NCBI GenBank assembly: GCA_963663805.2
Contig: CAXXMR010000008.1
Coordinates: forward strand, 96,001-160,000
Source: Sedimentisphaerales bacterium
GTDB lineage: Bacteria; Planctomycetota; Phycisphaerae; Sedimentisphaerales; SM23-30
Length of the DNA stretch: 64,000 bases
Direction: 5' to 3'
Below are positions 1 to 9,584 of the stretch, piece after piece. Under the pieces are notes generated by a model that was given only the letters and a program-made list of their open reading frames with translations, had not been told where the DNA came from and did no database searches. Position 1 is the stretch's first letter. Each line of letters begins with the position of its first letter. A program made the translations under genes and the position numbers.

Positions 1-1508
1 ACCTGAGTTTTGGTCTGCTCGGTTTCGGAAAGGTCCAGCGTCTGGGTGAATTTTTCGCCCACGTTACCGATATTATCGACCAGTACCAGTTCGACTTCTA
101 CCGTACCGCCCACATCACCTGAGGCACTGGGTCCGGTAAAGCGTGCGAAACGCGTCTGGGCAAAGCCCGGCGAGCTGGGTGCGAAATCATTATCGACGTT
201 GACATCAACCAGAATTTCACCGTTGACCACTGTGGCCGGTGCTTCGTAGTAACCGGTATATCCGCCGGCACCGGTTATTTTCACCAATACCGCAGAGATG
301 TCGGCGGCGTGTGCGGCGGTCGCGGTTCTGATACGCATAGTCGTTGTACCGCCGTTGATAATGGCGCCTGTCGTTATTCCAGAAATATCAGGGTCTGAGT
401 CACCGCCGGTCGCGCTGGGCAGGTCGCCTGCCCGGAACACGCCGTCGGCCACGCCTACTCCGGGTAGTTCCATTTCGCTCGGCTCAACCGTGAAGCTGGT
501 TTCATAAACGGAAGTGCCGGTGCTGAAAGTCGCGGTGGCGGTTAGAGTGCATTCGCCAAAATCGCCTACGGTTTGGGTAACCGTTAGTGTTTGTCCGGTT
601 GCCTGGTGGGTCGAGAAATTGCCTTTGCCGTCGCCGGTGGCTGTGAGGGTGATGCTTTGGGCGCCTTCGGCGGTTATGGTTACGGTAGCACTGGTCCCGC
701 CGACGGGACTAGCTGGGTCAATGGAAATTTCGGGCAGGTCGAGTACGTCTTCGTTTTTGGTTTCCAGACTGACCTCAACTTCTGCGGCAACCTCGATGGT
801 ATCAGACGCTGAAGCGCCGTAGCCTTTAGCCTTGAAAACGACTTCGTTTAGCGGTCCTTTACCTGACCAGCTCAGACCCTCACCTTTCATGGCCAGCTTG
901 AGCACTTCTTTTTTATATGTACCTTTAACAGTGGTTAATTCGACGGTGTCGCCGCAGACTGTGGCGGTTCCGCTGCCGGTCAGTTTGCCTTTTTCATCGG
1001 CGTTCAGCTCCAGGTCGAAAGATACCACCAGTGCTGAGGCGTCTGCAACATTCAAGATGAACGTACCCTTGCCGCCCAGATCGCCGCTGCCTTTGTAGGA
1101 TCCTTCAAACACCGCGGAGGTGGTGCTGAGTACACCTTTGAGGCTGGCTTTGTTTTTGCTGTTGGTTGGGTCGGTAAGTTTCAGGGCGATGGTCGTCTTT
1201 TTGCTGCTGAATTTGACCTTGCCTGATGCTTCGAGATAATAACCTGACCCGGAAAAATTACCGGTCAGGTTTCCCTTTCCGTCACTGCTTAAAGTCAGTG
1301 TGCCGGGGTAAGTCATCGTAATATCATCATCTGTTACTGTGGCACTTAACGGAAACTCGCCATTCAGGCAATAATTGGCTAATTGACAGTCAAAGCTGTA
1401 CGTGCCATCTTCCCAGACGGCGTACTCATCATCGGCACCCAGTACGGGGACAACTTGTCCAATAAGTAGACTAACGACAATCAACAGTAAAAAGGGGAAC
1501 TTTTTCAT
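1..1508 (-). CDS. Large secreted beta-rich (Ig-like) protein, 3' end beyond window
   Basis: Own translation from ATG at 1508: MKKFPFLLLIVVSLLIGQVVPVLGADDEY... has a signal peptide, is G/T/S-rich and stays open to position 1 (...LDLSETEQTKTQV). It is absent from the ORF track because no stop lies in the window. Confidence 0.8.
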   Translation of the reverse strand, partial: MKKFPFLLLIVVSLLIGQVVPVLGADDEYAVWEDGTYSFDCQLANYCLNGEFPLSATVTDDDITMTYPGTLTLSSDGKGNLTGNFSGSGYYLEASGKVKFSSKKTTIALKLTDPTNSKNKASLKGVLSTTSAVFEGSYKGSGDLGGKGTFILNVADASALVVSFDLELNADEKGKLTGSGTATVCGDTVELTTVKGTYKKEVLKLAMKGEGLSWSGKGPLNEVVFKAKGYGASASDTIEVAAEVEVSLETKNEDVLDLPEISIDPASPVGGTSATVTITAEGAQSITLTATGDGKGNFSTHQATGQTLTVTQTVGDFGECTLTATATFSTGTSVYETSFTVEPSEMELPGVGVADGVFRAGDLPSATGGDSDPDISGITTGAIINGGTTTMRIRTATAAHAADISAVLVKITGAGGYTGYYEAPATVVNGEILVDVNVDNDFAPSSPGFAQTRFARFTGPSASGDVGGTVEVELVLVDNIGNVGEKFTQTLDLSETEQTKTQ

Positions 1509-1978
1509 GGCAGGGCTCCGGACCGTAAGGCAACAAAAAAACAACTAATGGTATCCACCCGATTCCCGCCGCCCGGCGACCTGAAACCAAACCATATACA
1601 CATGCTATGATTTTACCTGATTACCCTCCTTATGTCAATATACCTTTGGCAGCTCCCTTTTTGGGTTATTTGGCCAGTAATATCGGTACCGCTCAATTTT
1701 CCGGTTTCGGTTTTAGTCCCAGTTGTTTTTGCGAAAGCAGTCCAATAACCCATATGATTTGTGGGTGAACCAGATTGGCTGCACAAAATTATATAGTTGG
1801 GGCATCTTCTAACCTTTGTTTTGGCAAGCGATTATATTCACGGGAAACTACAGGAATATAGTAAAAATTTTACCAGGTTCAAAAAAATCTTTTTCATTGT
1901 AAATAATGCCGACCAATAGAACGGGTTAGTTTAGTGCTAGCGTGTAGCAATTGTACAATAGAAGAAAGAAGGTCTCTT

Positions 1979-4142
1979 ATGAAGATTAAAGGTAAATTGA
2001 TTCTCCTGGTTGTGGTATGTGTGGTCGGCTTGGGTCTGATAAGCACGTTTCTATCATCCTATTACATTACCAAACTGGGCAACCAGCAGGCGGCCCATAC
2101 CGAAAAAACGCTCATGGAAGACCGTCAGTTGATGCTCTCCAGTATGGTTGGTAATGTTTATAAGGTTGTGGAAACCAGCTATCTTAACAGCCGCAACCCG
2201 GAAAAGATTGCTGAAAAATACCGCCAGCGTCTTAATAACGTAGTTGATATAGCTTGTTGTGCTATTGAGGAAATCTATTCCCGTCAGGACGGTCTGAGCG
2301 AAACTGATAAGCAAAAGCAAGCGATGGATATTATTCGTAAGATGCGTTATGACGGCCAGGAATATTTGTGGATTAATGATATGCAGCCGCGGATGGTTAT
2401 GCACGCTATCAAGCCGGAAATGGATGGTTCAGACCTGAGTGAGCTTGCCGACCCGGACGGTAAACGTCTTTTTGTGGAAATGCGAGATGTTTGTAAAAAG
2501 GATGGAGCTGGGTTTTGTCCAATATATGTGGCCTAAGCCTGGTTCAGAAGTTCCGGTTCCCAAGATTAGTTATGTCAGATTGTTTGAGCCCTGGGGTTGG
2601 ATTATCGGTACCGGTGTGTATATGGAATCGGCTGAGGAAGTTTTTCAGCAGGAAGCACTGGAAGCCATTAACTCTATGCGTTTTGGCCCGGACCAGAGTG
2701 ATTACTTCTATACTTTTGATACGGTATCCGAAAAAATGATTCAGCATCCCAAGGATGCTTTAGTTGGAACCGCTATAGACGATAAAGTTTATACCGACCC
2801 GGATGGCAAACAATTGTTGCTGGACCAGCTGGCGGTAGCCAAAAAAGATAGCCAGGGTTTTACCTATTATAAATGGGCAAAGCTGGGTTCAGAAAAACCT
2901 GTTCGCAAAATGACTTACGTCAAATATTTCAAGGAATGGAACTGGGTTCTTTGTACAGGTCAGTATCTTGACGATATTGAAGCAATCGTGGCGGAAAAGA
3001 AAGCCAAAATTGCTGCCGGTGTCAGAAAACAGTTGGTCAGCGTAATTGCTATTACTGCCATTGTGTGTCTGGTTGCTTTGGGAGTTGCCTGGTATGTGGC
3101 TCAGGGTTTAGCCAAGCCTATTATCAAGGCTAATGAACTGCTGCGTGACATTGCCGAGGGTGAAGGTGACTTGACCCGCCGGCTGGAAATCAGTACCAAA
3201 GATGAGGTTGGCGAACTGTCTAAATGGTTCAATGTCTTTGTTGAAAAACTTCAGAAAATTATTGCCCAGATTGTGGATAATACCAATACCCTGGCAGGTT
3301 CGGCGACCGAGCTTTCGGCGACCTCAACCGAAATGGCCGGCCAGGCAGATGCGATGAGCAGTCAATCAGCCACGGTTGCCGCTGCCGCTGAAGAGATGTC
3401 GGCGAATATGGGCACTATGGCAAGCTCCGGTGAAACTATGTCCGCCAGTGTCAAGAGTGCCGCTGCCGCTATCGAGGAAATGACTTCCACCATAAATGAA
3501 ATCGCCCGTAATGCCGAATCTGCCGCCGGCGTTGCTGAGCAGGCCGCTAAAATGGTTGGCGTCAGCAACGAAAAGATTGGTCATCTGGGTACTGCCGCTG
3601 ACGAAATTGGCAAGGTAATTGAGGTGATTCAGGACATCGCTGAGCAGACCAATCTGCTGGCTTTGAACGCTACTATCGAGGCTGCTCGTGCCGGCGATGC
3701 CGGTAAGGGTTTTGCGGTTGTTGCCAGCGAAGTTAAGGAACTTGCTCGTCAGACCGCCGAAGCAACCGAGGATATATCCAAACGTATATCCGCTATCCAG
3801 AGTTCGACTGGTGAATCAGTTGAGTCGATTGGTCAAATCAGCGGCGTGATTGAGAAGGTCAACGATGTTTCGCGTACCATCGCTTCAGCTGTTGAGGAGC
3901 AGAGCATCACCGCCAAAGAAATTGCCAACAGTATCAGTCATGTCTCAACCGCGGCTGACACAGTTTCCAGAGGCGTAACCGAAACCGCCACGGCAAGTAA
4001 GGAAATCACAGAAAATATCGCTCGCGTTGACTCCGCCGCCCAGCAGACCTCCCACGGTGCCGGCCAAACCCAGACCGTAGGCAATGAACTTTCCCGGTTG
4101 GCCGAAAATCTGCGTTCTCTGGTCGGGCAGTTCAAAGTCTAA
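1979..4142 (+). CDS. Methyl-accepting chemotaxis protein with two Cache-type sensor domains and HAMP; +1 frameshift at about 2510-2512
   Basis: YLWIND...MVMH...DPDGK Cache motifs twice, GEGDLT HAMP and [33 protein letters not shown] signalling hairpin. Removing one G from the GGG run joins the two ORFs ([13 protein letters not shown]), giving about 720 aa. Confidence 0.9.
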
Positions 4143-4176
4143 CCCGAACCAAAACCCAGCAGTTAAGTTGACATTA

Positions 4177-4210
4177 AAACGCCGAAGAGCAAATCTTCGG
4201 CGTTTTTTTT
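4177..4210 (+). terminator. Rho-independent terminator
   Basis: aaaacgccgaaga-gcaaa-tcttcggcgtttt hairpin followed by a T run, downstream of the MCP stop. Confidence 0.85.
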
Positions 4211-4969
4211 ACGCCGAAAGCTTGTCTTCCCTGCCCAGCCCCTACGCTAACCACTGCTCCTGAACGGAGTTATCAAGCAGGTGTATTGTTTGTCCGCTGG
4301 ATACTTTTCTTTGGAAAATATGCTAGCATTTTAAGGGACAATCGATATAATACTAAGATGTTCATGGGTATCTTTTTTTGAAGTGTAGAAATGTACTAAC
4401 ACAGGAGGTTCAGGTATGTGCAATTCTCGTAAATTATTATCGGTGTTTATTCCCTTGATACTATTAGCCCTGGTTGTAACTAACGCTTCAGCTGTGGACC
4501 GAGTCTGGTTTGTCAGAACGGTCGAGTCTGAACCCTACCACCCGGTTTGCGATGGCAGGAATGCGTTGTTAATGCGTTCAAATGGTACTTGGCCAGTGGT
4601 TGCCTATGGAGGTCCTCAACCCGGCATATCAATGATGGGAGCAACTGGTTGGCAGTCTGCCCCTTTATACAACGATGATAGTCCAAGTGTTGACGCGGCG
4701 ACAAGTGATAGCGGTAGAGTAGGATTTGCCTGGAGTGACGGAACCGTTAAGATTCTCGACCGCAACGGCTGGTCAACGACTAATTTCGGCAGCCAAAACC
4801 AGAGTCAGATTTCGCAGCGTGCGTCTTTGGCATTTAATTCTCAAGACATGCCGACTGTTGCTCACAATGGAGGGCATGTCAATCCCAGTGTTGGCGCTTA
4901 TTATGAAAATTGTTTAACGTTAGCTTCTTATAGCGGCTATGGCTGGTATCAGGACGTTGTTAAAAATAA

Positions 4970-6441
4970 GGTTCTTCTGAATAATTTGTGGGTATTTTAT
5001 CCTTGGGGCTCTGCCCCAAACCCCGCCATTTAGCCTCCAGCCTTTGGGCGAGAGAGGGCGGATTGGCGGATTGAGCGGTTTTTCCGGTGGAGTTTGTGGA
5101 AATATAAATAATGCATCCTGCGAAACTTTCTGACAAAATGGTATTGTTGCAAAAGATATCACTTGGCAGAAAGGACACAGGATGCAGGTTAAAACTATAC
5201 TCAATCGAATTGAAAAGTACCAGGGTTTTGTTTATGAAAGCGACAAAATGATCGAAAACGGCAAGCAAAAAGAGCTGCATATATTCCTTCGGTCGCGTAA
5301 GAACAGTCGTCCGGTCTGTTCCGATTGCGGCCGGAAATGTTCCGGCTATGACACCTTGCCGTCCCGTCGCTTTGAGTTTGTGCCTTTCTGGGGCATACTG
5401 GTTTATTTCGTTTATGCCATGCGGCGAGTAAACCGCCCCCGCTGCGGCATCAAGGTGGAACGGGTTCCCTGGGCTCAGGGCAAATCTCCGGTTACCCGAA
5501 CCTACAGTTGGTTTCTGGCGCGCTGGGCTCAACGGATGAATTGGAGTGAAGTAGCCGCAGCTTTCCGAACCAGTTGGCATACGGTTTTCAGTTCCGTAGA
5601 GATGGCGGTGACCTGGGGCCGGGAGCATATGGATATGGCCGGCATTACCGCTATTGGTGTGGATGAAATGCAGTGGGGCCGGGGCCATCGTTATATTACC
5701 GTGGTTTATCAGATCAACAAAGAATGCAAACGCCTGTTGTGGGTAGGCGAAAAACGTACCGCCAAGACTCTGCTGCGGTTCTTTCGCTGGCTGGGCAAAG
5801 AACGTGCCGGGCAACTGGAATTTGTGTGCAGCGATATGTGGAAAGCCTATCTGAAAGTGATTGCCAAAAAAGCGTCTCAGGCGATCCATGTTCTGGACCG
5901 TTTTCATATTATGGTGCATATGAACAAGTCGCTTGATGAAATTCGGGCCGGCGAATCGAAGGAACTGCTGCGTGAGGGTTATGAGCCGGTACTGAAAAAG
6001 AGCCGCTGGCTGCTGCTGAAGCGCCCGGAAAATCTCCAGGATTCGCAACAGGCTTCTTTGAGAGAACTGTTGCAGTACAATCTCAAAACGGTGAAAGGTT
6101 ATCTGCTGAAGGAACAATTTCAGCTTTTCTGGGATTATATCAGCCCCTATTGGGCCGGTGTTTTTCTGGATAAATGGTGTGTCAAGGTAATGCGCTCTCG
6201 TCTGGAGCCGATGAAGAAGGTAGCTCGCATGTTGCGCAATCATCGCGAGCTGATCCTGAACTGGTTTAAGGCCCAGAAGAAGTTTTCCTCCGGGATCGTG
6301 GAGGGCCTGAACGCCAAAGCCAAACTGACCACCAGAAAAGCTTACGGCTTTCGAGAATTCAAAACGTTGGAAGTTGCTTTGTATCATAACCTTGCAAAAT
6401 TACCTGAACCTGTATTTACCCACGAATATTTTTAAAGAGGC
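4970..6441 (+). mobile_element. ISL3-family insertion sequence (1472 bp) with 8-bp TSD AAAAATAA
   Basis: Imperfect 25-bp terminal IRs (GGTTCTTCTGAATAATTTGTGGGTA and, reverse-complemented, GCCTCTTTAAAAATATTCGTGGGTA). AAAAATAA is duplicated at 4962-4969 and 6442-6449. One transposase. Confidence 0.95.
5182..6435 (+). CDS. ISL3-family DDE transposase
   Basis: N-terminal CxxCG zinc finger and the IGVDE, CSDMWKAY, LDRFHI and SSGIVEGLNAKAK motifs typical of ISL3. Confidence 0.95.
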   Translation: MQVKTILNRIEKYQGFVYESDKMIENGKQKELHIFLRSRKNSRPVCSDCGRKCSGYDTLPSRRFEFVPFWGILVYFVYAMRRVNRPRCGIKVERVPWAQGKSPVTRTYSWFLARWAQRMNWSEVAAAFRTSWHTVFSSVEMAVTWGREHMDMAGITAIGVDEMQWGRGHRYITVVYQINKECKRLLWVGEKRTAKTLLRFFRWLGKERAGQLEFVCSDMWKAYLKVIAKKASQAIHVLDRFHIMVHMNKSLDEIRAGESKELLREGYEPVLKKSRWLLLKRPENLQDSQQASLRELLQYNLKTVKGYLLKEQFQLFWDYISPYWAGVFLDKWCVKVMRSRLEPMKKVARMLRNHRELILNWFKAQKKFSSGIVEGLNAKAKLTTRKAYGFREFKTLEVALYHNLAKLPEPVFTHEYF

Positions 6442-7116
6442 AAAAATAATAATTATCAGCAGGGATTTAATGACGCAGATTGTTTTGCTTTGGACTACGA
6501 TTCTTACGGCCAAGCTAACCTGGCATTTTGTGACGACGGCTTGTGGTTTTCTCAGAAAGGTGTTGCTACGGGCCATCAGTGGGTTATTCGGGATTTGGCG
6601 CAGTATGGTTTATATGGCCAGGCGGATGATATGGATTTGGTAGTGGATGGCAGCGATATGGTTTGGATTGGCTACATCGAACAAAACACCCTGAAGCTGG
6701 CAAATTATGACCCGGTTACTCTTGGTTGGAACAGCGGTGTCATTGATTATGTTCCCCCAATGGGATCGGCACATTTTACGATGGAAACTGATGGCCTTGG
6801 TGGTATTGGTGTCGCCTATATTGATGCTGGCGGTTTTCTGAAATATTCGTATAATGATGGAGGGGGGTTTTGGTCAAGTGAGACAGTCATGAATTTTGAA
6901 ACCAGCGAATATATTATGGTAGGGGCAGGCGACAGTGATATTGGCTTAGTCTATGACACGCAAAATAATCCTGTTATCAGCTATCGCGATATGCAAACCG
7001 GAGAACTTTCTTTGGCCTACGACCCGGTCGCGATCCCTGAACCTGCCACGTTAGCTTTACTTGTTTTGGGAGCAACCATCATCCACCGTCGTCGGTGTAG
7101 CTAGGAGGTCGGGAAG

Positions 7117-8184
7117 ATGGCCAAAGATAAAATTATAGTCTGTATCATCGCAACGGTTCTGGCAGCCTTCATTACCGATTCGCAAGCGGCCATGCGTTAC
7201 TGGTCAGAAGCGACACTGGACGCGGGGCAAGGGGTAATGACTTTGCCCAAAGGACACTATTGGCCGGTGGTTACAACCGGATATGGTTGGACTGTGTATG
7301 ATCCACGTGGTAGTGCGGCCACTTATTTTCTCGGACCATCGGGTTTTACGCGTAGTGGTGGTGGGGGCAGCAATATTTTTTCTGGTCCGAATGGCGAAAT
7401 AGGTATTGTTAGTTCCAATCAGATTCAGGTTCTGCATAACGACCAATGGGCTTTTTTGTCAGGCAGTGTTCCGGGGCAGTTTGAGGCCGGTGCTTTTGAC
7501 AGTCAAGGTGGAATACATGCAGTGTCCTATGACGTCCAGCAATCGATAGCATATTACAGTCGATTTACTAGCCGAGGATGGGTCAGCCTGGAGTTATGCC
7601 ACAGTCGCCGACAAAACAGCGGAGGGCTTGATATTGCAGTAGATGATTCGGGTGTAGTATCGATTCTCGTCAATAATATTTTTATATCTCAGAATGTGCC
7701 GGGTGGTGCCTTTAGTCAGGTACAATTACCCGGTGAAATCATGACGATAGATTTAGATGTATCAAATAATGGAATACCTGGAGTCATTGGCAGAAGTGAT
7801 AATGCCCTCAAGTACCTCACCTTTGACATTCAACAACAGCAGTGGACATCAGATATTCTGTCATCAAACTTTTTTGGTCCTGCCGCAGTGTGTTTTGATA
7901 ATTTTGGCAATCCCGCGGTGACTTATCTTGCAAATTCTATAATGCATTTTGCTATTAATGATGGAGGCGGGACCGGTTGGCTGGATTCGATTATAGATGC
8001 CGACCAAATTTCTTGTGTTACGGATACCAGCCTAGCCTTTGATCCCGACAACAATCCTGTGGTTTGTTTTGGGACAGTTGGGGACACGAGAATTTACTAT
8101 GACCCCATAGTCGTTCCCGAACCTCTGGCCGCTCTGTTGCTGCTGGCTGGTGCCTGGGGTATCAGACGAGCCAGAAGGTCGTAA
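7117..8184 (+). CDS. PEP-CTERM-anchored secreted repeat protein, paralog of the upstream gene
   Basis: Signal peptide, WPVV motif, SLAFDPDNNPVV repeats and C-terminal [28 protein letters not shown]. Confidence 0.85.
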   Translation: MAKDKIIVCIIATVLAAFITDSQAAMRYWSEATLDAGQGVMTLPKGHYWPVVTTGYGWTVYDPRGSAATYFLGPSGFTRSGGGGSNIFSGPNGEIGIVSSNQIQVLHNDQWAFLSGSVPGQFEAGAFDSQGGIHAVSYDVQQSIAYYSRFTSRGWVSLELCHSRRQNSGGLDIAVDDSGVVSILVNNIFISQNVPGGAFSQVQLPGEIMTIDLDVSNNGIPGVIGRSDNALKYLTFDIQQQQWTSDILSSNFFGPAAVCFDNFGNPAVTYLANSIMHFAINDGGGTGWLDSIIDADQISCVTDTSLAFDPDNNPVVCFGTVGDTRIYYDPIVVPEPLAALLLLAGAWGIRRARRS

Positions 8185-8204
8185 TTTGGAACATTAAGGA
8201 TGAG

Positions 8205-9476
8205 ATGAAAATGTCTGTTTTATATCGTTTGGTGCTGGCGGTGCTTTTGTTGACGACAGTCTGTGCTGCTCAGAATAGTTTTGATATTACCATAGTTGAC
8301 AGCGGGCTGGGTGTCGGTGGTTACACCGATTTGGCCCTGCTTAGCGATGGTTCCGCGGTGATCGCCTATCAGGATGATTATAATAACCAGTTGAGACTCG
8401 CCATTGTAGATGGTGAAAATTACACCATTGAAACAGTTCTTGAAAATGCCGGTCAATATGCTTCGCTCGCTATCAGCAGCTACGATGAAATTGCAATCCT
8501 ACATCAACATAATCAACGCTCTTTGAATGTCGCGGTCAAATCAGTCTGGGCCAGCTGGAGTACGACTGTGGTTGATGACGATGTGTTTTTCCATCCGCAG
8601 CCTGGAGCGGTGGATTTTACTTTTTCCCCACTCGACCAGCCCCATGCGGTTTATCTTGACTCATACGAACGACTTAACTATGCCAGCTATGACCAGCAGC
8701 AAAACACCTGGATAAATACCATCATTTTTAGTGGTCTTGCGACTATGCCTGGAATCATAGTTGATAATAACAATCAGCCGATAGTTGTCTCCACTGTATA
8801 TGAAAATCAGCAATTTTGCATTCTGGTCCAGAAGCATACTGACGTGGGCTGGCAGTCTCTGCCGACCATTCCGGGCGAAGCGGCATCTGTTGGCATAGAC
8901 GCTCAAGGTAATGTTGCTGTTGCCTATATGTATCAGGGACAGTTATTGTATCGCACATTTCTGCCCGCTCTTGGCTGGTTTAACCCAGCGGTTATTGATG
9001 ACGGCACACAAGGGCAAATAAGAGGCAACATTCACGCCCCAGTATTAAAGTTCGACTCCGCCGGCCATGCTCATATCGTTTATTGCTGTGGCGATACTCT
9101 GACTTACACAACTGATCGCGGCAGTTGGACCCCGATAACTGTCGAACAAACCCCCGGCTCCGCGCCCGCATATTTGTCTCTTGTCATTGACGCACAGAAT
9201 CAACCGCTTATCGCCTATCAGAGCTTGTGCGGTTATACGGGTGTGGAAGCCCTAAAACTTGCTGCTTTTGACTTGCCCTGTCCTGACCGCTGGGACTTGG
9301 ATTGCGACGGCATTGTCAATTTGATCGACTTCGCCGAGCTAATCAAATATTGGGGACCGGTTGCTCCTGATTTTGAATATGATGACGATACCGACGGATT
9401 TATTGATGAACATGAACTGGTCGGTCTGTTTGAAGACTGGCTTTGGCATCGCCAATATATTAGCTTGATGCCTTAA
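8205..9476 (+). CDS. Secreted beta-propeller-like repeat protein with C-terminal dockerin-like (EF-hand) module
   Basis: Signal peptide, repeated SL(A/V)(I/F)D..G.P.I(A/V)Y blades and C-terminal DLDCDGIVNLIDFAELIKYW...DDDTDGFIDEHEL...WL. Confidence 0.75.
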   Translation: MKMSVLYRLVLAVLLLTTVCAAQNSFDITIVDSGLGVGGYTDLALLSDGSAVIAYQDDYNNQLRLAIVDGENYTIETVLENAGQYASLAISSYDEIAILHQHNQRSLNVAVKSVWASWSTTVVDDDVFFHPQPGAVDFTFSPLDQPHAVYLDSYERLNYASYDQQQNTWINTIIFSGLATMPGIIVDNNNQPIVVSTVYENQQFCILVQKHTDVGWQSLPTIPGEAASVGIDAQGNVAVAYMYQGQLLYRTFLPALGWFNPAVIDDGTQGQIRGNIHAPVLKFDSAGHAHIVYCCGDTLTYTTDRGSWTPITVEQTPGSAPAYLSLVIDAQNQPLIAYQSLCGYTGVEALKLAAFDLPCPDRWDLDCDGIVNLIDFAELIKYWGPVAPDFEYDDDTDGFIDEHELVGLFEDWLWHRQYISLMP

Positions 9477-9584
9477 TCCATATGGAACACTTCATCCAGT
9501 TCTGCACACACCGGCGAGTTGTCCGGATTGACCTTCATCTTGAACGCATAACGTTTCATAATATTACCCTTATGCCTTATTCAA

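Larger units (their letters stand above)
4416..7104 (+). pseudogene. PEP-CTERM-anchored secreted repeat (beta-propeller-like) protein interrupted by ISL3
   Basis: Excising the IS plus one TSD restores the frame ...QDVVKNNNYQQGFNDADCFALDYDSYGQ... The result is a 402-aa protein with a signal peptide and C-terminal IPEPATLALLVLGATIIHRRRCS. Confidence 0.9.

Noticed and set aside
3272..3280. Perfect DnaA box TGTGGATAA
   Set aside because: Single copy inside the MCP coding sequence; expected by chance.
4960..6387. 475-aa antisense ORF
   Set aside because: Shadow of the ISL3 transposase with no recognisable motifs.
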